A stretch of DNA of 64,000 nt from the human T2T-CHM13v2.0 reference genome, Homo sapiens. The DNA lies in the NCBI RefSeq assembly GCF_009914755.1, contig NC_060947.1; one strand, 5' to 3'. Made by a program: the position numbers and the translations under genes. Shown one piece after another: positions 34,547-52,735 of the stretch. Under the pieces are notes generated by a model, which saw only the letters and a list, made by a program, of their open reading frames with translations, made no database searches and had not been told where the DNA came from. Each line of letters begins with the position of its first letter. Position 1 is the stretch's first letter.

Positions 34547-34810
34547 TCACCTCACCCAGGAAGCACAAGTGGTCAGGAAATTCCCTTTGCTAGCCAAGCA
34601 AAGCTGTGACAGACGGCACCTGGAAAATTGGGTCACTCCCACCCTAATATTGCGCTTTTCCGATGGTCTTAGCAAACGGCACACCAGGAGATTATATCCT
34701 GTGCCTGGCTCGGAGGGACCCATGCCCAAGGAGCCTTGCTCACTGCTAACACAGCAGTCTGAGATAAAACAGTAAAGTGGCAGCGAGGCTGGGGGAGGGG
34801 TGCCCATCAT
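34547..34810 (-). other. ORF0: L1 antisense ORF0 reading frame (open, 87 aa)
   Basis: Translation MMGTPPPASLPLYCFISDCCVSSEQGSLGMGPSEPGTGYNLLVCRLLRPSEKRNIRVGVTQFSRC... matches the primate L1 ORF0 peptide as I recall it (MAGAPPPASLPPCSLISDCC...SEKRNIRVGVTRFSRC); ATG at 34810-34808. Expression not shown. Confidence 0.75.
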
Positions 34811-35385
34811 TGCTGAGGCTTGAGTAGGTAAACAAAGTGGCCAGGAAGCTCGAACTGGGTGGAGCCCACCACAGCCCAAGGAGGTCTGCCCACCTCTGTA
34901 GACTCCACCTCTGCGGGCAGGGCATAGCCAAACAAAAGGAAGCAGAAGCCTCTGAAGACTTAAATGTCCCTGTCTGACAGCTTTGAAGTGAATAGTGGTT
35001 CTCCCAGCATAGAGTTTGAGATCTGAGAACAGACAGAGTGCCTCCTCAAGTGGGTCCCTGATCCCTGAGTAGCCTAACTGGGAGGCACCCCCCAGTAGAG
35101 GCAGACTGACACCTCACACGGCCAGGTACCCATCTGAGATGAAACCTCCAGAGGAACGATCAGACAGCAACTTTGGCTGTTCGGCAATATTCACTGTTCT
35201 GAAGCCTCCACTGCTGATACCCAGGCAAACAAGGTCTGGAGTGGACGTCCAGCAAACTCCAACAGACCTGCAGCTGAGGGTTCTGACTCTTAGAAGGAAA
35301 ACTAACAAACAGAAAGGACATCCACACCAAAACCCCATCTGTATGTCACCATCATCCAAGACCAAAGGTAGATAAAACCACAAAG

Positions 35386-36400
35386 ATGGGGAAAAAACAG
35401 AACAGAAAAACTGAAAAATCTAAAAATCAGAGCACCTCTCCTCCTCCAAAGGAACGCAGCTCCTCACCAGCAATGGAACAAAGCTGGACAGAGAACGACT
35501 TTGATGAGTTGAGAGAAGAAGGCTTCAGATGATCAAACTACACTGAGCTAAAGGAGGAAGTTCGAACCCATTGCAAAGGAGTTAAAAACCTGGAAAAAAG
35601 ATTAGACGAATGGCTAACTAGAATAACCAATGCAGAGAAGTCCTTAAAGGACCTGATGGAGCTGAAAATCATGGCACGAGAAATACGTGATGAATGCACA
35701 AGCTTCAGTAGCTGATTTGATCAACTGGAAGAAAGGGTATCAGTGATTGAAGATCAAATGAATCAAATGAAGCAAGAAGAGAAGTTTACAGAAAAAAGAA
35801 AAGAAAAATGAACAAAGCCTCCAAGAAATATGGGACTATGTGAAAAGACCAAATCTACGTCTGATTGGTGTACCTGAAAGTGAGGGGCAGAATGGAACAA
35901 AGATGGAAAACACTCTGCAGGATATTATCCAGGAGAACTTCCCCAATCTAGCAAGGCAGGCCAACATTCAAATTAACGAAATACAGAGAACGCCACAAAG
36001 ATATTCCTCGAGAAGAGCAACTCCAAGACACATAATTGTCAGATTCACCAAAGTTGAAATGAAGGAAAAAATGTTAAGGGCAGCCAGAGAGAAAGGTTGG
36101 GTTACCCACAAAGGGAAGCCCATCAGACGAACAGCTGATGTCTCGGCAGAAACTCTACAAGCCAGAAGAGAGTAGGGGCCAATATTTGACATTCTTAAAG
36201 AAAACAATTTTCGACCCAGAATTTCATATCCAGCCAAACTAAGCTTCGTAAGTGAAGGAGAAATGAAATCCTTTACAGACAAACAAATGCTGAGAGATTT
36301 TGTCACCACCAGGCCTGCTCTACAAGAGCTTCTGAAGGAAGTACTAAACATGGAAAGGAAAAACCGGTACCAGCCACTGCAAAAGCATGCCAAATTGTAA
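35386..36400 (+). pseudogene. L1 ORF1p (disrupted)
   Basis: ATGGGGAAAAAACAG start, AAATTGTAA end; internal stops (e.g. TGA near 35530, TAG at 36173-36175); remnant 35840-36175 'KRPNLRLIGVPE..REKG'. Confidence 0.9.
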
Positions 36401-36463
36401 AGACCATCAAGGCTAGGAAGAAATTGCACCAACTAACGAGCAAAATAACCAGCTAACATCATA

Positions 36464-40292
<3,829 letters not shown>

Positions 40293-41319
40293 ACTATGAG
40301 AACACATGGACACAGGAAGGGGAACATCACACACCGGGGCCTGTTTTGGGGTGGTGGGAGCGGGGAGGGATAGCATTAGGAGATATACCTAATGTAAATG
40401 ACGAGTTAATGGGTGCAGCACACCAACATGGCACATGTATACATATGTAACAAACCTGCACGTTGTGCACATGTACCCTAGAACTTAAAGTATAATAAAA
40501 AATATATATATAAAAGAAGTCTTTTTAAAAGGATTGCATTATAAATTTGTACAATATATTTGCATATAATGCATTTACCACTACCAAAAATATTTTCCAT
40601 CTACATTAAAATGTTTTTTTTCACAGAACTTTGTTGTCTTTAATCAAGAACACCTTATGATGTTTTACCCTGCTTATACTGAAGATTATTTTGCTCTACA
40701 TATAAAGTTACAAGGCATTGAAATTTTTGGCGACAGTTGATGCTGAGATCTAGAAGTCCCGTTTTGACTATGAAGGCACAGTTCTTGGGAATCTTTTCCT
40801 TTTTGTCTACCTTCTGCAACTTATTTTGACAAGACTTTAATCTAATAGCACTCCTGGCATTTATTTAAGCAAATTTGCCTCCAAAAGGTGAAAGAATAAA
40901 ATTTGTTTATCGCACCATTTTCTTGGAGTTACTTTTGAAAAATTAAATGCCCCGCCTCAGTGTTAAGTTCTCAAGTTCCCTGAAGCATGATTTTCAACAT
41001 CTAAAATTTTTCACTTGATGTATTAATAAATTAAACCAAATTACCAACTTACACTATCATATCACATTGTGTCTTTTACCTGATGTGCCTCTGTGGTACA
41101 GATTAAATGTCGCCTTTATTATCACCTCAAGCAAGAATATGAAAAGGATCCATCAAGCAGATGCATAATATGATATCAAAACATTTCTACAATTCTTCTA
41201 TTATTGCTGATATCAGTGAGTATGACAAAAATAATTTTGCTTGAAGAAAGTATCCTTGGATGTACTGGTTTCTAAAAGACAACGCTACCAATATACTAAC
41301 AATTTCAAGAAATTAATTA

Positions 41320-41680
41320 ACCAATTTTTTTTTTTTGCAAACCTACTTTGTGTCAACTAATCTTTTAGATTAACAAGAGAAACAAGGTCTCCATCCTCAT
41401 GGAGCTTCAAGTCTAATGCATTGAGACAGACAATACACAAATAAGCAAAGATAATTTCGAATAATGATGAGAACAAGGTGGGGAGGGCTGTTTTATTAGA
41501 TAGGATTGCCAGAGAAGACCTTTCTAAAGATATGATATTTGAGTTGAAACCTAAATAAGAAGTAGGAAGCAGCCACGCAAAATACAATCCAGACAGAAGG
41601 ACAGCAAGTCCAAAGGCAATGAAGCAAAACAGCAAAGGCAGGGAGATCCCAAATCATCTAGGGTCTTGTGACTCATGGTA
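41320..41680 (-). mobile_element. L2 3' fragment
   Basis: AAGGTCTCCATCCTCATGGAGCTTCAAGTCTA and GAAGACCTTTCTAAAGA..ATTTGAGTTGAAACCTAAA L2 antisense motifs. Confidence 0.7.
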
Positions 41681-41689
41681 AAAAGTTTA

Positions 41690-41990
<301 letters not shown>

Positions 41991-42611
41991 AAAAGTTTAG
42001 ATGATTATCCTTAGTTCACTTTATATCAATACAGTTAAACTATGAATGATTCTACATTTCAGTTCAGAAGTTTACAGAATTAAGTGACAATTTCCTCACT
42101 CCTGTGATGAAGAACAAGCAACTGGAAGTAAGTCTTATTACAGTCAATTAAGTGATCATATCTCTGCATCTTTTTTTTGTACAAACATGTGGTTGGAGTA
42201 ATAACCTCAGACACTATTGATGTAAAGGAGAAAAACTGGTTTCTAATCCTTCCAAATGAAATGTATTACAATAGGAGAAAACGGAATTTGATTTAAAAAT
42301 AATTAAAACCACACAGTTTTATGGATTTAGTGGTAAAGCCTTAGAAACTTTGAGCCAGGCCAAGGTAGTAAGCCATTTATGAATTGCAATACAAAGCCTA
42401 CAGGCCTCACCATATTCCAGTTGATTCTAATTCTTTGAAACAAATAAAATTTGGAGTCAGAGAAAGGAATTTATATAGCCATTGGGGTCTCATCATTTGT
42501 ATAGCCACTTCCTCACTCCTCTACCCGAGTCTCCTTTCTATTCTGCTTTAGGAGGAAGGAACAATGAGTGTTGTGAGAGCGGAACATGACCTTAGAAAAG
42601 GGCTAGTTTCT

Positions 42612-42990
42612 AATGTGGCACATATACACCATGGAATACTATGCAGCCATAAAAAAGGATGAGTTCATGTCCTTTGTAGGGACATGGATGAAGCTGGAAA
42701 CCATCATTCTCAGCAAACTATCGCAAGGACAGAAAACCAAACACTGCATGTTCTCACTCATAGGTGGGAATTGAACAATGAGAACACTTGGACACAGGGT
42801 GGGGAACATCACACACCGGGGCCTGTTGTGGGGTGGGGGGAGGGGGTAGGGGGGAGGGATAGCATTAAGAGATATACCTAATGTAAATGACAAGTTAATG
42901 GGTGCAGCACACCAACATGGCATATGTATACATACGTAACAAATCTGCACGTTGTGCACATGTACCCTAGAACTTAAAGTATAATTTAAA
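42612..42990 (+). mobile_element. 5'-truncated L1PA4/5-like 3' end
   Basis: Highly similar to 40129-40500; flanking duplication AAAAGGG(C/T)TAGTTTCTAATGT at 42596-42616 and 42991-43011. Confidence 0.95.
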
Positions 42991-43292
42991 AAAAGGGTTA
43001 GTTTCTAATGTCTAATAGAGGAATAATGGAGGTGTGCAGAACTTGAAAAACTGCCATTTCATCTCTTTGATAAAGCTCATTACCAATCTCACATCACCAT
43101 ATTACATAATGAATAAGGAACACCCTTTTCCCCAATATTTTTGAAGTTTGGGCTGTGGGAGTAACTCATCTAAAAGGGCCTTGGTATTACTGCTGGTGAC
43201 TACCCTGCTGTACTCCCCAGGAAGCTAGAGATGAAAATCGCTCAGCTCTTGCCACAGCTCTGGGTAACCTTCCAGTCATGGGACTAGACCTC

Positions 43293-43697
43293 TGTTATCT
43301 ATGGTTTCTTTTGTCAGCCCCAAAACTCAAGTTGAAACTGAATTCTCGATATGGCAGTATTGAGAGGTAGGGCCTTTAAGAGGTGATTGGGTCATGAGGG
43401 TTCCATTCATGGATTAATGGGTTAATGGATTAATGGGTTATCATGGCAGGCGAACTGGTGGCTTTTTAAGAAGAGGAAGAGAAACTTTAGGTAGCACATT
43501 AGCAGCCCCCTCACCAAGTGATGTTCTATGCCATCTTGGGACTCTTCAGAGTCCCTATCAGCAAGAAGGCTTTCATCAGATGTAACTCCTCGACTTTAGA
43601 TTTCTCAGCCTCTGACTGTGAAACATAAATTCCTTTTCTTTATAGATTACTTAGCTTCAGGTATTCTGTTATGAGCAACAGAAAACAGACTAGGATA
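43293..43697. mobile_element. MaLR solo LTR (MSTC/D-like)
   Basis: GGGCCTTTAAGAGGTGATTGGGTCATGAGG...AGCAACAGAAAACAGACTAGGATA. Confidence 0.8.
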
Positions 43698-44319
43698 GCC
43701 TCCATCTTGCAACCAAATAATTGGAATATGTGGCGGTAAGTATCTTTCACTAAATTATTTGCAGTAGCCAAATACCTATTACTCTTTTCCACACACCTAT
43801 TTCAAAATACCATTCCTATTTCTTTCACACTATGTTGGTGGTTGACTCACATCAGGTGGAAGGTGTAGAAGAGGGGTGATGGTGACAAATTATCAGCAGA
43901 CAAGGGCATTCCTCTAAGCTGTCACTTTTATTTTGAGTATTTCAATTACATGTGGGAGAGGAAAAATATTTTAAAAGATGCCAGAATCATGATTCAAACT
44001 TAATCAAAAATCTTTTTATTTAATTTTAAAGGAAATCTGATTAGTCTGTCATTATTCGAGGCTCTTTACATTTTTAACATCTTTATTGAGATATAACATA
44101 TAACATAAAGTTAATTGCTTTAATATGTACAATTCAATGATTTTCATTATATTTACAGTTGTGCAACCATTACCATAATCTAATTATAGAACATTTTAAT
44201 GACCCCCAAAAGAAATACAAAGCCTATTAGCACATCCCCACCCCCTCCACCCCAGCTCTTGGCAACCACTAATCTACTTACTCTCTATATACATTTGTCT
44301 ATTCTGTACATTTACTATA

Positions 44320-44560
44320 CAGTTGACCCTTGAATTACAAGGGTTTGAACTGCTGTGGTCCACTTATATGCGGATTTTTTTTTAACCAAACATGGATCAA
44401 AAATACAGTATTCACAGGATGCAAAACCCACATATATAGAGGGTCAACTTTTCATATATCCAGCTTCCTGAGGGCCAACTCTGGGACATGATTATGTGCG
44501 GATTTGGCTATACTCAGGCAGTCCTGGAACCAATCCCCCATGTATACCAAGGGACAACTG
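44320..44560. mobile_element. MER8 (Tigger-derived MITE)
   Basis: Terminal inverted repeats CAGTTGACCCTTG ... CAAGGGACAACTG flanked by TA at 44318-44319 and 44561-44562. Confidence 0.88.
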
Positions 44561-44779
44561 TAAGTGAAATCATACAATATGTGGCCTTTTGTGACTGGCT
44601 TATTTCACTTAGCATAATAGTTTCAAGGTTCATCCATGTTGTAGCATGTATCAGTACTTCAATCTTTTTTAGGATAAATAATATTCCCTTGTATGAGTAT
44701 ACCACATTTTGTTTACTCACCAGTTCATGGACATTGAGTTGTTTGTATTTTTTGGTTATTATGAATAATATTGCTGTGA

Positions 44780-45151
<372 letters not shown>

Positions 45152-47203
45152 TAGCCATCCTACTGGATAAAAAGTGGTATCTCATTGTGGTTTTGATTTG
45201 CATTTTCCTAATGATTAATAATGCTAAGCAACTTTTCATGTAACTATTGGCCATTTGCTTATATTCTTTGGAAAAATGTTTATTCAAATTATTTGCCCAT
45301 TTGTAAATTGGGTTATCTTTTTGTGGTTGAGATTTAAGTTCTTCACCTATATTCTGGAAACTAGACCCTTATCAGATATATGATTTGCAAACATTTTCTC
45401 CCATTTTTGGGTTTTCACTTTCCTGATAGTGTTCTTTGATGCACAAAAGTCGTTAATTTTGATGGAGTCCAATTTATATTTTTTTCCTTTGGTTGTGTCT
45501 TAGGTGTCACACCTAAGAAACCATTGCCTAATCTAAGATAACAAGTATTTATACCAGGGTTTTCTTCAAAGCGTTTTATAGTTTTAGCTCTTACCTTTAG
45601 GTCTTTGATCTATTTTGAGTTAATTTTTATATGTGGTGTGATGTAGTGGTCCAACTTATTATTATTATTATTATTTTGCATCTGGTTATCCAGTTGTCAC
45701 AACAAAATTTGTTGAAAGGACTATTCATTTCCCCCGTTGAATTGTCAGTGCCACTGTCAAAAATCAATTAATCATAGATGTATGGGCTATTTTCTGATTC
45801 TCAGTTTTGTTCCATTGATCTATATGTCCATCTTTATTTCAGTACCACATAGTGCTCCTTATAGTAGATTTTAGTAAGGATTGAACTTGGGGAGTGTGTC
45901 TTCCAACTCTGTTTTTCTTTTCAGGATTGTTTTGGCTATTCTGAGTTCCTTGCATTTCCATATCAATTTCTGCAGGTTTTGCAAAAACAGCCAGCTAGAA
46001 TTTGGCTAGAGATTGTGTTGAATCTGTAGGTCAATGTGGGACATCACCATCTTAACAATATCATGTCTTCCAAACCATAAACATGGAATGACTTTCCATT
46101 TATTTAGGTATTCTTTAATTTCATTCAACAATGTTTTGTAATTCTCAGGCTACAGGTCTTGCACTTATTTTGCTAAGCTTATTTCTAAGTATTGTACCCT
46201 TTTTGATGCTATTGTAAAGGGAATGGCTTTCTTGATTTCATTTTTGGATTCTTCACTGCTAAAGTAAATAAATAACTGATTTTTGCATCTTGCTCATGTA
46301 TCATGCAAGCTTGGCGTACTTGTTCATTTGTTCTAAAACATTTTTCATGCATTCTTTAAGATTTTCCGCTATATAAGATCATGTCACCTGCAAATAGTTT
46401 TACTTCCTTTCCATTCCGCCTACTATTTCTTTTTTTAATTGCTGATGTTAGAACCTCAGACACTATTGAATAGAAGTAGTGAGACCAGAAATCCTGTCTT
46501 AAGGAGATCCCTTGATCTTAAAAGGAAAGTATTCAGCATTTTACTATTAAGTATGTTACTTGCTATGAATTTTTCATAGTTGCTCTTTATCTTTTAAGGA
46601 AGTTTCCTTCTATTCCTAGTTTGCTGCAAGCGTTTATCATGAACACTGTTGAACTTTATCAAGTGCTTTTTTGATTCTAATGATATGATTATGTGAATTT
46701 GATTTTATTTTAGTATGGTATATTACATTGATTGATTTCCATATTTTAAACCAACCTGTCTTTCTAGTATAATCCCACTTGGTCATAGTATACATACTTT
46801 TTATATGTTACTGGATTTTGTTTGCTAGTATTTTTGATGACTTTTGTGTCTATATTCAAAGACTATTGGCCTGTAATTTTCTTGTAATGTCTTTGTTAGA
46901 TTGGGTATCAGCATACTACTGGTGTCATGTAATTAAGTTGGAAAATATTCCTTTCTCTTGTATTTTCTGCAATAGTTGTGAAGAATTGGTGTTTAAAAAA
47001 GAAAAAAAAAAACACTTGGTAGAATTAGCCAGCAAAGCCATCTAGGACTGGGTTTTTTTGGGGAGTTTTAAAATGATTAATTCAATGTCTTTACTTGGTA
47101 TAGGTCTATTCAGACTTTCTATTTTATTTTTAGTCAGTTTTAACAGTTTGTTTCTTTCTAGGAATTTATCTATTTTTTTCCGTTATTGAATTTGTTGGCA
47201 TGC

Positions 47204-47599
47204 TGTTATAGACTGAATTGTGTTCTACATAAATTCACATGTTGAAGTCCTAACCCCCAATATGACTGTGTTTGAAGATAAAACCTTTTATGAGGTAATT
47301 AAGGTTAAATGAGGTCATAAGGCTGTGGCCCTACCCCAATGACTAGTGTCTTTATAAGAGGAGGAAGAGACACCCGACTTGTGTGTGTGTGTGCACATGC
47401 ACACAGAGAAAATGTCATGTAAGAATACAGTAAGAAAGTGGCTATCTACATGTCATGGGGAGAGGCCTCAGGAGAAACCAACCCTGTCATCACTTTGATC
47501 TTGGACTTCAAGCCTCCAGAATGTGACAAAATAAATGTCTGCTGTTTAAGCCACCTGGTCTATAGTATCTTGTTATGTCAGCCCTACAGGACTAATATA
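47204..47599. mobile_element. MaLR solo LTR (MLT1A/B-like)
   Basis: TGTTATAGACTGAATTGTG...AGGTAATTAAGGTTAAATGAGGTCATAAG...GACTAATATA; homologous to 62578-62971. Confidence 0.88.
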
Positions 47600-47949
47600 C
47601 CATTGTTCTCAGTATTCTCTAATAAGCCTTTTAATTTCTGTGAGGTAAGTAGTGATGTTCTTACATTTCCGATTTTAATAACTTGAGTCTCTCTGTATAA
47701 CATTCCTTACTGCTTTCTGTTCTCTATTTCATTCTTTTATTTCTGCTCTTATTATTTCCTTCTTTCTGCTTGCTTTGGGTTTAGTTTTCTCCATTTTTTT
47801 CTAATTTTCTAAGCTGGAAAGGTAGATTATTGATTTGAGAACTTTCTTCCTTTTATATATAGATACTTGCTACTATAAATTTCCCTCTCAGCCCTGTTCT
47901 TGCTGATCCCATAAGTCTTGGTATATGTATTTTTGTTTCTCTCAATGTA

Positions 47950-48286
47950 CAGTAATCCTCTTATTCACAGGAGATACATTCCAGAACCCCAAGTGGATGC
48001 CTGAAACCAGATAGTACCAAACCATATTTATATATGTCGCATCTGATAACAGCTACTAAGTGACTATGGGTGGGTATCATATACAACATGGATATGCTGA
48101 ACAAATAAATGATTCGCATCCTGGGCAGGACAGAGTGGGATGTGTAAGATTTTGTCACACTACTCAGAAGGGCATGCAATGTAAAACTTATGAATTATTT
48201 CTGGAACCTTCCATTTAATATTTTCAGATCACAGTTGACTATGGCTAACTGAGGAAAGCAAAATCACAGATAAGGGTGGACTACGG
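47950..48286 (-). mobile_element. MER44A (Tigger7 MITE), complete
   Basis: TA|CAGTAATCCTCTTATTC ... GATAAGGGTGGACTACGG|TA; reverse-complement similarity to 10523-10644. Confidence 0.88.
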
Positions 48287-50234
48287 TATTTTCTGATTTC
48301 CCTTATGGTTTTTCTTTGATCTATTGGTTATTTAGGAGTGTGTTGTTTAACTTCCACATTATTTTTAAATTTCCCGAGTTCCTACTGTTATTAGTTTCTA
48401 ATTTTATTGCACTGTGGTAGAAGAATATACTTCGTATAATTCTGATCCTTTTAAATCTATCAAAGCTTCTTTTATGGTCTTGCCTATAGTATATTCCAGA
48501 GAATATACCACATGCACTTCAGAATGTGTATTCTGAATGGGTGGAGTGTTCTATGCCTGTTAGGTCTAGTTGGATTATAGTGTCGTTAAAGCCTTTTATA
48601 TCCTTGTTAATTTTCTTCCTATTCTATACATTATTAAAAGTGGGGTATTGAGTCCCCAGATATTATTGCTGAACTATCTATTTCTCCTTCAATTCTGTCC
48701 ACTTTTTGGGAGCTCTACTGTTAGATGCATATATTCATAATTTTTTTTTTCTCCCTGAGGGACTGAACTTTTTATTATAAATGGAACTCTTTATCTCTAA
48801 GTTTTTGTTTCAAAGTCTACTGCTTGTATTTACCATATTCTACCTTTCTTGTGATTGCTGCTTGCATTGTATGTTTCTTTGCCATTCTTTTACTTTCCAC
48901 TTATTTGTATATTTAAATCTAAAATGTCTCCTGTAAATGAGTTTTTTTAAAAAAAATTTTATTAAAATCTGCCTTTTGGCTAGATCATTTAATCCATTCA
49001 CATTTCATTATTCATATAGCTGGATTTACTTCTGCCATTTTCACTTTTCATTTTCTACATCTTATGACTATTTTGTTGGAAACTAGATTTTTAGATAATG
49101 TATTTTAGTAACTCTTGGTACTGACACCCCTAACCCTCCATGCTTGGTATTGTTATTTGCTTATGTGTTTAGTAAAAGGCTGGATTATTTTATTGAAGTC
49201 TCTTCATCCTCCCATGTGTTAAGAGTCTAATGTTGCTCCTCAGGGAGGCTCATCTTCCGGTATGCCCAACTGGGATGACAGTGGCTTGGGTAGGGGTCTC
49301 TTCCTCTCTTTCCATGCCCACACCCAGATGTTAGAATCCACTAGTTACAAACTGATTACTTAACTGTTTTCAATAATGCCCTGTGGCATAAAATGCTCTA
49401 AACAAATCCAATTAAATGCTTGTTCTTTTGAAGGAATAGTTTTTGGTCAGTGTTTGATATTGTTCTGACCCTAGGAGGACTCCTCCCAACTGTCTTATTC
49501 CTTGGTTCTTTCCGGCAAACTAGCTTGTCTACATAGTCTGTAGGTTGAATCTCTTCACTCGCCTTTCTCCACAATTACCATTGCTCTTAAAGAGTGCTCT
49601 TAAGTCCTGTTGTGACTAAAGTCAATTCCTTTGGAAAGAGATTAGAAGCTGTATGTTTTATGGTCTGCTTCTCCCCCCAGACAAAATGTCTGAGCCAGGG
49701 TTCTGGAGCTGGTTATGGGGGCAATGGCAAGCTTCCGGGGACAGAGTATGCCTTGTGTTCTTGGCTGAAGCAGTTTAGAGTGAAGTCTGTGATGCGATGA
49801 AAATAGAGAGTAGTCTTGGTTCAAATACCACAGATTCTCACCTTTCTTACTAAATTTTCACAGATTCTCTTGTTGCTTGCCTTGTAGACCATCTCCAGAG
49901 GCTTGTGTTTTTTAAAACATAGTTTCCACAAGTTTCACTGAGGAGTGAGTCATTGGAATTCTTCACGGTCATGACAGAAGTCAATCTTTCCAATGACTTT
50001 TACACTTCCTAAATTGAATTTGATAAGGCTTTCTTATGAAAGCAGAAACCTAAAGCAGTTCTATGGGATATTTGCCTTCAAATAAATAACTTTAACAAGT
50101 AGGATACAGAGCTTTTAAAGATTATAAGAAAATCGAACCTCCAATGGAAGTATGTTAGACTAGGAAGGTGCATAAAGAAAGGATAAGCTAGAAATTTTAA
50201 AGAATAGAAACAAAGATTTTGGAAATCATTTAGT

Positions 50235-50540
50235 GATCAACTTCAGCCTTATACGACTAAAGATAACTGAAACCAAGGAGAACAAGGAACTTGGCTAAAG
50301 CCACTCAGCAAGTCTCCAACAGCTAGTACTAAAACTAGCCCGATGAGAAGTGGCATGTATAACAGTTAAGCAAACAGGTTTTGGAAACATATCTGAGTAT
50401 AAATCCTGCCATTTAACAGCAATGTGATCTCTGGTCAATTCCGTTGCCTTTCTAAACCTCAGTTTCCTCGTCTGTAAAAAAGTGTTAACAATAATACCTA
50501 ATAGGTTTGAGACCTCAAGAAACATAACTATTATTATTAA
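50235..50540. mobile_element. MIR fragments in opposite orientations
   Basis: CTAAACCTCAGTTTCCTCGTCTGTAAAA core on + (about 50450-50480); an antisense-like piece at about 50250-50330. Confidence 0.7.
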
Positions 50541-51612
50541 TGCAATAATTATAACATTAACATGTCCCTATCCCCACCAAGAATCCTTCTGCAAATTCCC
50601 CCTTCACGCACCTGCACCTCTACCAAAAAACAACACAAAACAAAACAAACAAAACAAAAAATACAATAAAAAACCCCAAAACTTATGTGAGGCCTTCCTC
50701 AAACCTGTTTCCAGTGATCTGAGGCTGCTGTGCTCATTGAAGGGACTGACATCCAAACCCTGAACACTAAGGAATTTCATTCCTCATTAATCCTTCAAAC
50801 CCTATTCTCTTCTCTCCTCTAGTTAACATGGTTCCTAGAAAGATCTCAAAGGCTTCCCTTATCCCCTTAACTCTCATAATAACCACAGCACCTGACTCCA
50901 GGTCAGGCTACTTCCACTGAAACACACATTGTGAGGAATATAAGCAAGGCTACATGACAGTATCTAACCACAAAACAAAGCTCTGACCTAGATTTCTAGC
51001 TTATGTTCTCCTAATACAAGCAAAGATTAGTGTAGGTATAATCAGCTAGTCAAACCTGCTGTGCTTTATCTAGCTAGAAAACCAAATCCAATTAATATAC
51101 TTTATTTTCTATTCCCTGTTTGATTTTTACAGAGATCTTTGTTGACGTAATTCAATAGTCTATCTGCTGAAAGCCAACACTTTTCCTTGGATGACGATCA
51201 GACCAAGTGGAAGTTGTTTAGGAGAGGAGAAAAGATGGCATTGTGAAATATGAATGAGACTAACATAAATGCTATGAACCAAAGGCAACTTGAGCAGGTC
51301 TAATGTCTTCTCAAGGACCACTGCAAAACCCCATTTCTTGAGAATAAAGAGAGCAAATGCACGAGTCTTTGAGTTAAATTACTTGAAACATTTCCCCCTA
51401 AAAACTCCTAATAACCACATACACTGTGACAGAATAGTTATAAAAAAATTTAAATCAGCAGTGGTTCAAGTTCACTTTACTGTATTTATAGGGCCACTCA
51501 ACCTCTGCCGACCAACACTCCTGCCCCAAAGTCTTAATTAGAAAAAAAAAAGCCACAAATAATTGTTTCCAAAGGACTGGTATATGTATTGGTGTAAAGA
51601 AAGAGTGACACT

Positions 51613-51900
51613 GGACTGTCACGGTGGCTCACACCTGAAATTTCACACTTTGGGAGGCCGAGGAGGGCAGATCACCTGAGGTCAGGAGTTTGAGACCAGC
51701 CTGGCCAACGTGGTGAAACCCCATCTCTACTAAAAATACAAAAATTAGCTGGGTGTGGTGGCACACACTTGTAATCCCAACTACTTAGGAGGCTGAAGGC
51801 AGAAGAATCGCTTGAACACAGGAGGCGGAGGTTGCAGTGAGCCGAGATCACGTCATTGCACTCCAGCCTGGGTGACAAGAGCGAAACTCCGTCTCAAAAA
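51613..51900 (+). mobile_element. AluSq/Sx
   Basis: Dimeric Alu; TSD core GAGTGACAC at 51603-51611 and 51909-51917. Confidence 0.93.
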
Positions 51901-52504
51901 GAGAAGAGGAGTGACACATTAAATAATGAGTAAAACTGAGAGACAGTTCAAAGGATGTAAAGTAAAAACACCCCAAAACAAAAACCCTAAATTAAACTTA
52001 GGGATTAAGTCAGGAACCCTGTTGCGTTCTCTGAGAACTGTACCTGAAACCCGTTTGAACTCAAAGTTCAAGGTTTTGCACTGGCAAGGAAGCATAGAGT
52101 AGGGAAGACTGCAATAACAGATCATTCTTCAAAGTCACACATTGCAAAGCACATTTGTGTATATTAGCACAGTTAATCTTCAAAATAAGATAGGAGTAAA
52201 TTCTCTACACTTTTCTTGGGCATTTGCCTTTTTGTAAGAGTGTGTAAGATATACAATTCAATCATTTGAGCTTCAATCATTTTTCTACTTCCAAACCTGG
52301 TAGTTTTAAAAATTCCAAAGCACTAAGATGTTTGAAGATCCATATCTCAAGGTCCTCTTTATTAAAGATCTGAGCCAGAAGCAAAAAGAAATGTTATTTT
52401 CAAGATACACAGGCATGATTTAGAAGTCTCCATTTCATAGAGATTGGGAAGAAAGAAAGAACAAAACATCTTATTAATAAGATATAAAAGTTAAGACGAG
52501 AAAC

Positions 52505-52735
52505 CTGGAAGCAGATATGCCGGATGAATCAAGGCTTTTCTAGTTACCAGCCATGTAGGCTTAGGCAAATTACTTGATTTCACTAAAACTCATCTTTCTG
52601 ATCTGAAAAATGAAATTAACTGATGTCATTCTGATGACTGAGATTATGGACTTTGTGAACTGTAAAGCTCTTTATAAAATTATAGTGCTTGGCACATAGA
52701 AGACACTCAGTAAATGCTGAATGAATGAATAAAAA
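52505..52735 (+). mobile_element. MIR fragment followed by an L2 3' terminus
   Basis: CTTAGGCAAATTACTT..CTCATCTTTCTGATCTGAAAAATG; then GTGCTTGGCACATAGAAGACACTCAGTAAATGCTGAATGAATGAAT. Confidence 0.7.

Noticed and set aside
43409-43446. ATGGATTAATGGGTTA tandem repeat, superficially telomere-like
   Set aside because: Lies inside an MST LTR where this motif is part of the family sequence; it is not TTAGGG.
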